A program made the translations under genes and the position numbers. A DNA stretch of 29,797 bases from IMG/VR virus record IMGVR_UViG_2671180378_000015. One strand, given 5' to 3'. Of the stretch, positions 1 to 8,635 are shown piece after piece; position 1 is the first letter of the stretch, and each line of letters opens with the position of its first letter. Below the pieces are notes generated by a model. It did no database searches. It was given only the letters and a program-made list of their open reading frames with translations, and was not told where the DNA came from. The DNA is from a virus (taxonomy: Duplodnaviria > Heunggongvirae > Uroviricota > Caudoviricetes).

Positions 1-1
1 C

Positions 2-118
2 ATCTCAGTAATACGGGAATACAATGAGATTGTCTACAATCGACAGCGTCGTCACTCTCGTCTGGGGAATATCTCCCCGGCAGGCTACAGGGAAAAATAT
101 CATCAGATGGCTGCTTAA
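2..118 (+). mobile_element. C-terminal end of a transposase/integrase-core (rve-like) ORF, truncated by window start
   Basis: Frame 2 reads ...EIVYNRQRRHSRLGNISPAGYREKYHQMAA then stop at 116-118; the YN-x-R-x-HS-x-LG-x-SP motif is typical of the C-terminus of IS3-family/retroviral-integrase-like DDE enzymes. Confidence 0.4.
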
Positions 119-352
119 AAAAAGAACAAAGGGTAGTGTCCGCTGTTGCCAGTACACCGCAATAGTTGCAATTCATAATTGATCATGGGTTGTCAGTTAA
201 ACTCGTGGCGATTTAAATAGACTAATTGGGAGTGCGTCCATTACTTATATCTTGTAATGTTAACTATCAGAAATGATACAAAGATAATATGTCTTTAAAG
301 AAAAGGCTGATGGCGAAAAGTGGCCCGATGAGGGCCACAATACGGCTGTCAC

Positions 353-685
353 TTAGACGTAAATATCAATGGTGCCAGCGGTATTTGTATCGTCTTTTTT
401 CTCTTCTTTTTTATCAGGCTGAACTGTCGCGTCTTTATTCTTTTTCTCTGCCTGCTGCCTTAACAACTGCTCCAGTTGAGCCCTGAGGCTTTCAATTTGC
501 TTCTGTACCAATGCAGCCATTTCTTTTTTCTGCTGTGTCGTCATCCCCTCTTCCGATGAGATTTTCCCAAGCTTTTCAGTCAGCACCTGAATTTGTCTTG
601 TGATTTTGGCTATTTCTGATGTTCCTTCCGGGGCGGAGTTGTTTGAAATAACGGTTGAGGTATTTCCCTGAATTGTGACAGACAT
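353..685 (-). CDS. flxA: FlxA, FliA-regulated prophage protein (110 aa)
   Basis: ORF track 110 aa MSVTIQGNTSTVISNN...; recognised as Qin flxA; preceded by a sigma28-type promoter. Confidence 0.85.
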   Translation of the reverse strand: MSVTIQGNTSTVISNNSAPEGTSEIAKITRQIQVLTEKLGKISSEEGMTTQQKKEMAALVQKQIESLRAQLEQLLRQQAEKKNKDATVQPDKKEEKKDDTNTAGTIDIYV

Positions 686-708
686 AGATTTCTCCTTTTA
701 AAAAAGCA

Positions 709-735
709 CTATCGGCATGCACAAAAAAATCTTTA
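709..735 (-). promoter_or_regulatory. sigma28 (FliA) class-3 flagellar promoter for flxA
   Basis: Minus strand reads TAAAGATT-N11-GCCGATAG, near-perfect match to sigma28 consensus TAAAGTTT-N11-GCCGATAA, about 25 nt upstream of flxA start; RBS AGGAG (rc of 686-690) before ATG. Confidence 0.6.
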
Positions 736-887
736 ATCGTATTTCTTGTGTCATTAATTGTTTGATGTTCAGATTGTTTTCCTCGCGGGCTGGCGCGCCT
801 CAGAAAGTAAAGCTTGTTGACAGGGGTAAACGTTCGGCAATAATTTTCTGCCGCATGCGGGTGTTGCATAAAACGTGCTACGTTCCT

Positions 888-1193
888 TTATCGACAGGTC
901 AGGTCACCGCTCACCCGCCGACGAGAAAGCAACACTGACATGCTAAAGCAAAAAATAGATGAATAAGTTGAGTTGTGCATATGTAGCCTGACCGTCACAA
1001 AGTATATGGTGTCTGTACCAGTAAGATGATGGCCGGACTCTTTAAAAACGAGCTGACCTGCACAATACAGGATGGACTTAGCAATGGCTGCTCCTGGCAC
1101 AAAGCGGACAGTGATCACCGTTCTTACGACTACTTTCTGACTTCCTTCGTGACTTGCCCTAAGCATGTTGTAGTGCGATACTTGTAATGACAT
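888..1193 (-). CDS. ydfV: YdfV-like small prophage protein (101 aa)
   Basis: ORF track 101 aa; position between flxA and relB matches Qin ydfV. Confidence 0.55.
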   Translation of the reverse strand: MSLQVSHYNMLRASHEGSQKVVVRTVITVRFVPGAAIAKSILYCAGQLVFKESGHHLTGTDTIYFVTVRLHMHNSTYSSIFCFSMSVLLSRRRVSGDLTCR

Positions 1194-1206
1194 TTGTAAT
1201 TACAAG
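1181..1206 (+). promoter_or_regulatory. relBE operator (relO) inverted repeat in promoter region
   Basis: cttgtaat gacatttgt aattacaag palindrome (CTTGTAAT / ATTACAAG arms) 12 nt upstream of relB start. Confidence 0.6.
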
Positions 1207-1217
1207 AGGTGTAAGAC

Positions 1218-1457
1218 ATGGGTAGCATTAACCTGCGTATTGACGATGAACTTAAAGCGCGTTCTTACGCCGCGCTTGAAAAAATGGGTGTAACTCCTTC
1301 TGAAGCGCTTCGTCTCATGCTCGAGTATATCGCTGACAATGAACGCTTGCCGTTCAAACAGACACTCCTGAGTGATGAAGATGCTGAACTTGTGGAGATA
1401 GTGAAAGAACGGCTTCGTAATCCTAAGCCAGTACGTGTGACGCTGGATGAACTCTGA
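1218..1457 (+). CDS. relB: RelB antitoxin (79 aa)
   Basis: ORF track MGSINLRIDDELKARSYAALEKMGVTPSEALRLMLEYIADNERLPF...; ATGA overlap with relE. Confidence 0.9.
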   Translation: MGSINLRIDDELKARSYAALEKMGVTPSEALRLMLEYIADNERLPFKQTLLSDEDAELVEIVKERLRNPKPVRVTLDEL

Positions 1458-1744
1458 TGGCGTATTTTCTGGATTTTGACGAGCGGGCACTAAAGGAATG
1501 GCGAAAGCTGGGCTCGACGGTACGTGAACAGTTGAAAAAGAAGCTGGTTGAAGTACTTGAGTCACCCCGGATTGAAGCAAACAAGCTCCGTGGTATGCCT
1601 GATTGTTACAAGATTAAGCTCCGGTCTTCAGGCTATCGCCTTGTATACCAGGTTATAGACGAGAAAGTTGTCGTTTTCGTGATTTCTGTTGGGAAAAGAG
1701 AACGCTCGGAAGTATATAGCGAGGCGGTCAAACGCATTCTCTGA
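1457..1744 (+). CDS. relE: RelE mRNA-interferase toxin (95 aa)
   Basis: ORF track MAYFLDFDERALKEWRKLGSTVREQLKKKL...; start overlaps relB stop. Confidence 0.9.
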   Translation: MAYFLDFDERALKEWRKLGSTVREQLKKKLVEVLESPRIEANKLRGMPDCYKIKLRSSGYRLVYQVIDEKVVVFVISVGKRERSEVYSEAVKRIL

Positions 1745-1815
1745 ACCAAAGCATGACATCTCTGTTTCGCACCGAAGGTGACACTTCTGCTTTGCGTTGA
1801 CAGGAGAAGCAGGCT

Positions 1816-1971
1816 ATGAAGCAGCAAAAGGCGATGTTAATCGCCCTGATCGTCATCTGTTTAACCGTCATAGTGACGGCACTGGTAACGAGGAAAGACC
1901 TCTGCGAGGTACGAATCCGAACCGGCCAGACGGAGGTCGCTGTCTTCACAGCTTACGAACCTGAGGAGTAA
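1816..1971 (+). CDS. hokD: HokD (RelF) Hok-family membrane toxin, 51 aa; not in ORF track (below size cutoff)
   Basis: Hand translation from ATG 1816: MKQQKAMLIALIVICLTVIVTALVTRKDLCEVRIRTGQTEVAVFTAYEPEE, stop TAA 1969-1971; hydrophobic N-terminal TM segment typical of Hok family; RBS caGGAGaagcaggct ATG. Confidence 0.8.
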   Translation: MKQQKAMLIALIVICLTVIVTALVTRKDLCEVRIRTGQTEVAVFTAYEPEE

Positions 1972-2040
1972 GAGACCCGGCGGGGGAGAAATCCCTCGCC
2001 ACCTCTGATGTGGCAGGCATCCTCAACGCACCCGCACTTA

Positions 2041-2066
2041 ACCCGCTTCGGCGGGTTTTTGTTTTT
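2041..2066 (+). terminator. Rho-independent terminator after relBE-hokD
   Basis: acccgc ttcg gcgggt stem-loop followed by T-rich tract (tttttgttttt). Confidence 0.6.
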
Positions 2067-2187
2067 ATTTTCAACGCGTTTGAAGTTCTGGACGGTGCCG
2101 GAATAGAATCAAAAATACTTAAGTAGCGCGCAGGGATAAGAGGGATGGTCCCTTAAAGGGGAGAGCTAATTATCCGGAAGGATTCTG

Positions 2188-2439
2188 ATGATGAACATCG
2201 AAGAACTGCGTAAAATTTTTTGTGAAGATGGCCTCTATGCTGTGTGCGTTGAAAATGGAAATCTTGTTAGTCATTACCGCATTATGTGTTTGCGAAAGAA
2301 TGGGGCTGCGTTAATTAATTTTGTGGATGCTCGGGTCACGGACGGATTTATCTTGCGCGAAGGTGAGTTTGTCACTTCATTACAGGCATTGAAAGAGATC
2401 GGAATAAAAGCTGGCTTTTCTGCTTTTTCAGGAGAATAA
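2188..2439 (+). CDS. rem: Rem-like small prophage protein (83 aa), unknown function
   Basis: ORF track MMNIEELRKIFCEDGLYAVCVENG...; position between hokD and ydfU as in Qin. Confidence 0.65.
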   Translation: MMNIEELRKIFCEDGLYAVCVENGNLVSHYRIMCLRKNGAALINFVDARVTDGFILREGEFVTSLQALKEIGIKAGFSAFSGE

Positions 2440-2505
2440 ACTCATCTACAATCTTGCGCGGGGCTGAACTCCCGCTGAGTAACACCGTGCCACCGGAGAA
2501 AACCG

Positions 2506-2784
2506 ATGGCACGCAACGCAAAATATTACAATTCTGATAATTCGCCCGTTCTTGCCTGCACGCACGGGCGGTATTCTCACGCATTCAAGTCTGAATGGTT
2601 CCAGCACCCTCCATGCACTGCAGAACAGGCCGAATGGCTGATTCATTCTTACCGCAGGCGCGGGTTCGAGGTTAAGAAAGCTCTCAGTCTCGACTATCGG
2701 CACTGGATAATCTCTGTCAGGCTGCCTTATTCCGAACGCCCACCACGTGCGTCCCGCACTTTCCAGCAACGGATCTGGAGGTAA
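2506..2784 (+). CDS. Hypothetical protein (92 aa), translationally coupled to ydfU
   Basis: ATG 2506 preceded by GGAGaaaacc; its stop TAA 2782-2784 lies 1 nt before the GTG start of ydfU and its last codons contain the ydfU RBS (GGAGG 2777-2781). Confidence 0.5.
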   Translation: MARNAKYYNSDNSPVLACTHGRYSHAFKSEWFQHPPCTAEQAEWLIHSYRRRGFEVKKALSLDYRHWIISVRLPYSERPPRASRTFQQRIWR

Positions 2785-2785
2785 C

Positions 2786-3835
2786 GTGCGGGTATTACTT
2801 AGACCTGTTCTGGTGCCTGAGCTTGGGCTGGTGGTCCTTAAGCCGGGCCGTGAATCCATACAGATATTTCATAATCCTCGAGTGCTGGTGGAACCGGAAC
2901 CAAAAAGCATGCGTAATCTGCCATCCGGAGTCGTTCCTGCCGTTCGCCAGCCGCTGGCGGAAGACAAAACATTGCTGCCGTTTTTTAGTAACGAACGGGT
3001 GATTCGTGCTGCTGGCGGCGTTGGCGCATTGTCCGACTGGCTATTACGTCATGTTACATCCTGCCAGTGGCCTAATGGCGATTACCATCACACTGAAACA
3101 GTCATTCACCGTTATGGTACCGGCGCAATGGTGTTGTGCTGGCACTGCGACAACCAACTGCGTGACCAGACATCGGAATCACTGGAGCTGCTTGCTCAAC
3201 AAAATCTGACAGCATGGGTGATTGACGTCATCCGTCACGCAATAAGCGGTACGCAGGAGCGGGAATTATCTTTGGCTGAATTATCCTGGTGGGCGGTCTG
3301 CAATCAGGTGGTGGATGCACTACCTGAGGCTGTATCGCGTCGTTCGCTGGGATTACCAGCGGAAAAAATCTGCTCGGTGTACCGCGAAAGCGACATCGTA
3401 CCGGGAGAGCAGACCGCCACCAGCATATTGAAACAACGCACAAAAAATCTTGCACCGTTGCCTTACGCCCACCAGCAACAAAAATCACCACAGGAAAAGA
3501 CGGTGGTAAGCATCACCGTTGATCCAGAGTCTCCGGAATCTTTCATGAAGCTGCCTAAACGTCGCCGCTGGGTTAAGGAGAAATACACACGTTGGGTTAA
3601 GACACAGCCGTGTGCTTGCTGCGGTATGCCAGCCGACGATCCGCATCATCTGATTGGTCACGGGCAGGGCGGAATGGGAACAAAAGCACATGATCTCTTT
3701 GTGTTGCCTTTGTGCAGAAAGCATCACAACGAGCTGCATACGGATACAGTGGCATTTGAAGATAAGTATGGCTCCCAACTGGAGCTGATATTTCGTTTTA
3801 TCGATCGCGCGCTGGCAATTGGCGTACTGGCGTAA
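2786..3835 (+). CDS. ydfU: YdfU, DUF968-type protein with C-terminal Cys/His-rich HNH-like motif (349 aa from GTG)
   Basis: Open frame 2747-3835; preferred start GTG 2786 with GGAGG 5 nt upstream; C-terminus CACCGMPADDPHHLIGHGQGG...LPLCRKHHNELH resembles an HNH/His-Me finger. Confidence 0.7.
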   Translation: MRVLLRPVLVPELGLVVLKPGRESIQIFHNPRVLVEPEPKSMRNLPSGVVPAVRQPLAEDKTLLPFFSNERVIRAAGGVGALSDWLLRHVTSCQWPNGDYHHTETVIHRYGTGAMVLCWHCDNQLRDQTSESLELLAQQNLTAWVIDVIRHAISGTQERELSLAELSWWAVCNQVVDALPEAVSRRSLGLPAEKICSVYRESDIVPGEQTATSILKQRTKNLAPLPYAHQQQKSPQEKTVVSITVDPESPESFMKLPKRRRWVKEKYTRWVKTQPCACCGMPADDPHHLIGHGQGGMGTKAHDLFVLPLCRKHHNELHTDTVAFEDKYGSQLELIFRFIDRALAIGVLA

Positions 3836-3848
3836 GTGGAGAACGAGC

Positions 3849-4601
3849 ATGAACCTTGAAGCCTTACCAAAATATTACTCCCCAAAATCTCCAAAATTGA
3901 GCGATGACGCTCCAGCGACAGGCACCGGTTGTTTAACAATTACGGATGTAATGGCAGCGCAGGGGATGGTGCAGTCGAAAGCACCACTTGGGTTGGCCTT
4001 ATTTCTGGCAAAAGTTGGTGTTCAGGACCCTCAGTTTGCGATTGAAGGCCTGCTAAATTACGCGATGGCACTGGATAACCCGACATTGAACAAATTGAGT
4101 GAAGAAATCCGGTTACAGATTATTCCTTACCTCGTGAATTTTGCCTTTGCTGATTACTCCAGGTCTGCGGCAAGTAAGGCTCGCTGTGAGCATTGTTCAG
4201 GTACGGGATTTTATAATGTATTGCGCGAAGTGGTGAAACACTACCGACGCGGGGAATCTGTAATCAAGGAAGAATGGGTGAAGGAACTATGTCAGCATTG
4301 CCATGGTAAGGGTGAAGTCAGCACAGCGTGCAGAGGGTGTAAGGGTAAAGGGATTGTTCTGGATGAAAAAAGAACCCGGTTTCATGGCGTACCGGTATAT
4401 AAGATTTGTGGGCGTTGTAATGGAAACCGGTTTAGTCGTTTACCGACCACGCTGGCACGACGTCATGTCCAGAAGCTGGTACCAGACCTGACCGATTATC
4501 AGTGGTATAAGGGGTATGCGGACGTCATTGGTAAACTGGTAACAAAGTGCTGGCAGGAAGAAGCATACGCGGAAGCGCAATTGAGGAAGGTGACGAGATA
4601 A
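3849..4601 (+). CDS. quuQ: Late-gene antiterminator Q (phage-82/21-type, Cys-rich zinc-binding) (250 aa)
   Basis: ORF track; start taken at MNLEALPKYY (ATG 3849); CxxC...CxxC clusters (CEHCSGTG, CQHCHGKG, CRGCKGKG, CGRC); position immediately upstream of a promoter-terminator pair. Confidence 0.85.
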   Translation: MNLEALPKYYSPKSPKLSDDAPATGTGCLTITDVMAAQGMVQSKAPLGLALFLAKVGVQDPQFAIEGLLNYAMALDNPTLNKLSEEIRLQIIPYLVNFAFADYSRSAASKARCEHCSGTGFYNVLREVVKHYRRGESVIKEEWVKELCQHCHGKGEVSTACRGCKGKGIVLDEKRTRFHGVPVYKICGRCNGNRFSRLPTTLARRHVQKLVPDLTDYQWYKGYADVIGKLVTKCWQEEAYAEAQLRKVTR

Positions 4602-4632
4602 ATGATTTTTGCTGAAGATGGCGACATGATGT

Positions 4633-4661
4633 TTGCATTTTTCAAAAAATATGGATAAAAT
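4633..4661 (+). promoter_or_regulatory. Candidate late promoter pR' (Q-modified)
   Basis: TTGCAT (4633-4638) - 17 nt - TAAAAT (4656-4661), about 30 nt downstream of Q stop, followed within 60 nt by a terminator, as expected for a Q-utilisation unit. Confidence 0.45.
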
Positions 4662-4706
4662 TTTTTCAACGATGGGCTTTGTATACCCGACGTTAAGAAA
4701 AAGTAG

Positions 4707-4735
4707 AAAACCCGCTGATGAGCGGGTTTTGTGCT
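4707..4735 (+). terminator. Candidate tR' terminator downstream of late promoter
   Basis: aaaacccgct gatg agcgggtttt stem-loop plus U-tract. Confidence 0.6.
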
Positions 4736-5022
4736 TTAAATGGGGCAATGGTAATGTTGAATCTCATCCCGGGACTCATGTCTGTTAACTTATTATTTAG
4801 CTGGTGACTTGGTTATTTGCCTGATGTTTAAAATGTTTTCTTCCAGTACAATGTCCCTAAACACAATGAGTCTGCTTATTATATTATTAGCAGAGCTATT
4901 ACGGCCAAAGTACAGCATAAGCTTTTAAAGCCAATCAACCAGTCATCAAGACAGACGGGGTTATTCATAAAAACTCTCCATGTGTGATCCGATGGGGCCT
5001 GAAATTAAAGCTTTAATATAGC

Positions 5023-5235
5023 TCATGAAAGGTAAACATTGGCAGCTGAAGGGCCACGCAGACCATTTATCCGGCAAAATTCCACGCGTAATCCGGTGGT
5101 AATTTCTTCTGCATCGCGGAGATTGAGCGCTGAAACATGAAGCTGGACATCGATACGACCATCGGATGGGGTGATAAGACCCTTGCCGCTTTTGCCGTCA
5201 AAGGTTTTGACAATTCCTGTCATTTTACGGGACAA
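5023..5235 (-). CDS. cspF: CspF cold-shock-domain protein paralog (70 aa)
   Basis: ORF track [40 protein letters not shown]...; CSD fold signature. Confidence 0.85.
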
Positions 5236-5339
5236 AAAAATTCCTTAATACTGATAACTTGGCGCACTATACACACGTTCCTGAAGAAAGCTATAGTTTT
5301 TTGATGGGGTTGAAGATGGCTGGATGTCTAAAATAAACA

Positions 5340-5368
5340 TTGCTTCATATGTTCAACTATGCGTTAAT
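5340..5368 (+). promoter_or_regulatory. Candidate cspB promoter with long (about 165 nt) 5' UTR
   Basis: TTGCTT - 17 nt - GTTAAT; the same architecture and an identical ATGCGTTAATG core recur upstream of cspI. Confidence 0.4.
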
Positions 5369-5535
5369 GATTGCGTCGGTTTGAAGAACAGACGATATAC
5401 GAAGTAGTTTACTAAAGCAGTTCTCATTTCAGGTGTTATTCACTTATTCCTTCTTTGAGTCTCTCCAATTAAGTACGAAGTCGTTTCTGTTATGCAAACC
5501 ATTTATGCCGAAAGGCTCAAGTTAAGGAATGTAGA

Positions 5536-5751
5536 ATGTCAAATAAAATGACTGGTTTAGTAAAATGGTTTAACGCTGATAAAGGTTTCGGCTTTATTTC
5601 TCCTGTTGATGGTAGTAAAGATGTGTTTGTGCATTTTTCTGCGATTCAGAATGATAATTATCGAACCTTATTTGAAGGTCAAAAGGTTACCTTCTCTATA
5701 GAGAGAGGTGCTAAAGGTCCTGCAGCAGCAAATGTCATCATTACTGATTAA
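5536..5751 (+). CDS. cspB: CspB cold-shock protein (71 aa)
   Basis: ORF track [38 protein letters not shown]...; RNP1-like KGFGFI motif. Confidence 0.9.
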   Translation: MSNKMTGLVKWFNADKGFGFISPVDGSKDVFVHFSAIQNDNYRTLFEGQKVTFSIERGAKGPAAANVIITD

Positions 5752-6032
5752 AATTCATCGCTCGTCTGTATACGATAACGAAGAAGGCTGATGCCTGAGT
5801 AGAGATACGGACAGAGTAGTGAATATTGGATCTCTTTAATAAAAAGTAAGGAGGTCCAATACATGAAACAATGGCTAGCATATTTGGCAAAATCTTAATC
5901 AGGAAAAGTATGCTAACCATTGTGGTGAAGTGCAGGTTTGCTGCATGAATAGTTTCACAGCAGAAGCTAACTGCTGGCATCGCAAAACAAAGTGCGTAAG
6001 TGGATGACTCCCACAAAAAGCACCACAATCTC

Positions 6033-6056
6033 AAACCCGCTCAGGCGGGTTTTTTA
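6033..6056 (+). terminator. Rho-independent terminator downstream of cspB (possibly bidirectional)
   Basis: aacccgc tcag gcgggtt followed by tttttt. Confidence 0.6.
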
Positions 6057-6114
6057 TTATCTGCTTTAAATATATTATTAAAATATAAAAAATACTTGTT
6101 ACTAATAAAATCAA

Positions 6115-6285
6115 TCAGGCTACAGCTTTAAGATTTGTCTGGAATACTTTGTTGCAATGAGGGCAGATCAAAAGGGCACCTTTTTGTACTCTTGAAAAAC
6201 TGTGTTCTGACTCTTGGGTGCAGTTTGGGCAGGAACATTTAACGAGATAATTACGGCGTGATTTTGAGTCTTTACGTTCTGACAT
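6115..6285 (-). CDS. Small Cys-rich (putative zinc-ribbon) protein, 56 aa; not in ORF track
   Basis: Hand translation of minus strand: MSERKDSKSRRNYLVKCSCPNCTQESEHSFSRVQKGALLICPHCNKVFQTNLKAVA; RBS AGGAAAAgcct before ATG; two Cys clusters CxCxxC ... CxxC. Confidence 0.45.
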   Translation of the reverse strand: MSERKDSKSRRNYLVKCSCPNCTQESEHSFSRVQKGALLICPHCNKVFQTNLKAVA

Positions 6286-6504
6286 AGGCTTTTCCTGTAT
6301 AATGGCCGTATACAGTACACTAAATATGAAAACATTTCTCGTATTATTATTTTATATATGACTTTCTTTCAAAATAATTACTCACATTTTTAATGTGTAT
6401 GTTTCTTTAGCGCCGTTGAGAACAACGTGTGCTGTCAAAACTACCCCGTAGACTCCGATCTTTTTCAAACATATTGCACCATCCGTGTACATCGGGGTGA
6501 GGAT

Positions 6505-6720
6505 ATGAAATCAATGGATAAGTTAACAACAGGTGTTGCCTATGGCACATCGGCGGGTAATGCTGGTTTCTGGGCATTACAGTTACTCGATAAAGTAACT
6601 CCGTCACAGTGGGCTGCAATCGGTGTGCTGGGTAGCCTGGTTTTTGGCCTGCTGACGTATCTGACAAATCTTTATTTCAAGATTAAAGAAGACAGGCGTA
6701 AGGCTGCGAGAGGAGAGTAA
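6505..6720 (+). CDS. essQ: Phage-21-type class II holin (pinholin) with dual-start MKSM motif (71 aa)
   Basis: [71 protein letters not shown]; two TM segments, charged C-terminus; RBS GGGGTGAGGA before ATG 6505. Confidence 0.85.
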   Translation: MKSMDKLTTGVAYGTSAGNAGFWALQLLDKVTPSQWAAIGVLGSLVFGLLTYLTNLYFKIKEDRRKAARGE

Positions 6721-6724
6721 TCCA

Positions 6725-7032
6725 ATGACTCAAGACTATGAACTGGTTGTGAAAGGAGTCCGTAATTTTGAGAATAAAGTTACGGTAACTGTAGCCTTAC
6801 AGGACAAGGAACGCTTTGACGGTGAAATTTTTGACCTGGATGTCGCCATGGACCGTGTTGAAGGAGCTGCGCTGGAGTTTTATGAGGCAGCAGCCAGAAG
6901 GAGCGTCCGGCAAGTCTTCCTGGAAGTAGCAGAAAAATTGTCAGAAAAAGTTGAGTCTTATCTGCAGCATCAGTACTCCTTTAAGATTGAAAATCCTGCC
7001 AATAAGCACGAGCGTCCTCATCATAAATATAT

Positions 7033-7036
<4 letters not shown>
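6725..7036 (+). CDS. ydfR: YdfR-like protein (DUF1327), 103 aa
   Basis: ORF track MTQDYELVVKGVRNFENKVTV...; position between holin and endolysin as in Qin. Confidence 0.7.
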
Positions 7037-8060
<1,024 letters not shown>

Positions 8061-8242
8061 GGTAATATTAAATCGGAACATTTACATCGCGGAATGTAAA
8101 ATTTAAATAAAAAGGACTCTTCCATGAGCCAAAATTCCTGAAATCTTAAGGGTAAGATAAAAGGTCTTAATCAGAATGACACGTTTTATTAATAAATAAA
8201 GCTATTCTTTCATTGCTGTGTTTTTCTTTACAAAAGTAATCC

Positions 8243-8271
8243 TTGCTATGGGTGGTTAATCATGCGTTAAT
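8243..8271 (+). promoter_or_regulatory. Candidate cspI promoter with long (about 150 nt) 5' UTR
   Basis: TTGCTA - 17 nt - GTTAAT, containing the same ATGCGTTAATG core as the cspB upstream region. Confidence 0.4.
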
Positions 8272-8422
8272 GGTGTTCTGGTTTGTTACAAATTTATCTG
8301 AAGCAGTCATTGTTATAATTTTATTATTTGTACCTCTTGAGATTTCCTTGTTGGTTTTTCTCTCTGATATTTTTTTTCGGACCATTCTGCCCAAGGGCTA
8401 ATTTCTTCAAAAGGTAATAATT

Positions 8423-8635
8423 ATGTCTAACAAAATGACTGGTTTAGTGAAATGGTTTAACCCTGAAAAAGGTTTTGGTTTCATCACGCCGAAAGATGGC
8501 AGCAAAGATGTGTTTGTCCATTTCTCAGCAATTCAGAGCAACGATTTCAAAACATTAACTGAGAATCAGGAAGTTGAATTTGGTATTGAGAACGGACCTA
8601 AAGGTCCTGCCGCTGTTCATGTAGTGGCGCTTTGA
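8423..8635 (+). CDS. cspI: CspI cold-shock protein (70 aa)
   Basis: ORF track [45 protein letters not shown]... Confidence 0.9.
   Translation: MSNKMTGLVKWFNPEKGFGFITPKDGSKDVFVHFSAIQSNDFKTLTENQEVEFGIENGPKGPAAVHVVAL

Noticed and set aside
289-486. 65-aa plus-strand ORF overlapping flxA
   Set aside because: Overlaps the well-supported flxA on the opposite strand; no RBS; likely spurious.
1200-1580. 126-aa minus-strand ORF overlapping relB/relE
   Set aside because: Antisense to the conserved relBE operon; no independent support.
2747-2785. Longer ydfU start at 2747
   Set aside because: It is a GTG without any Shine-Dalgarno and overlaps orf92; GTG 2786 has a GGAGG RBS at ideal spacing.
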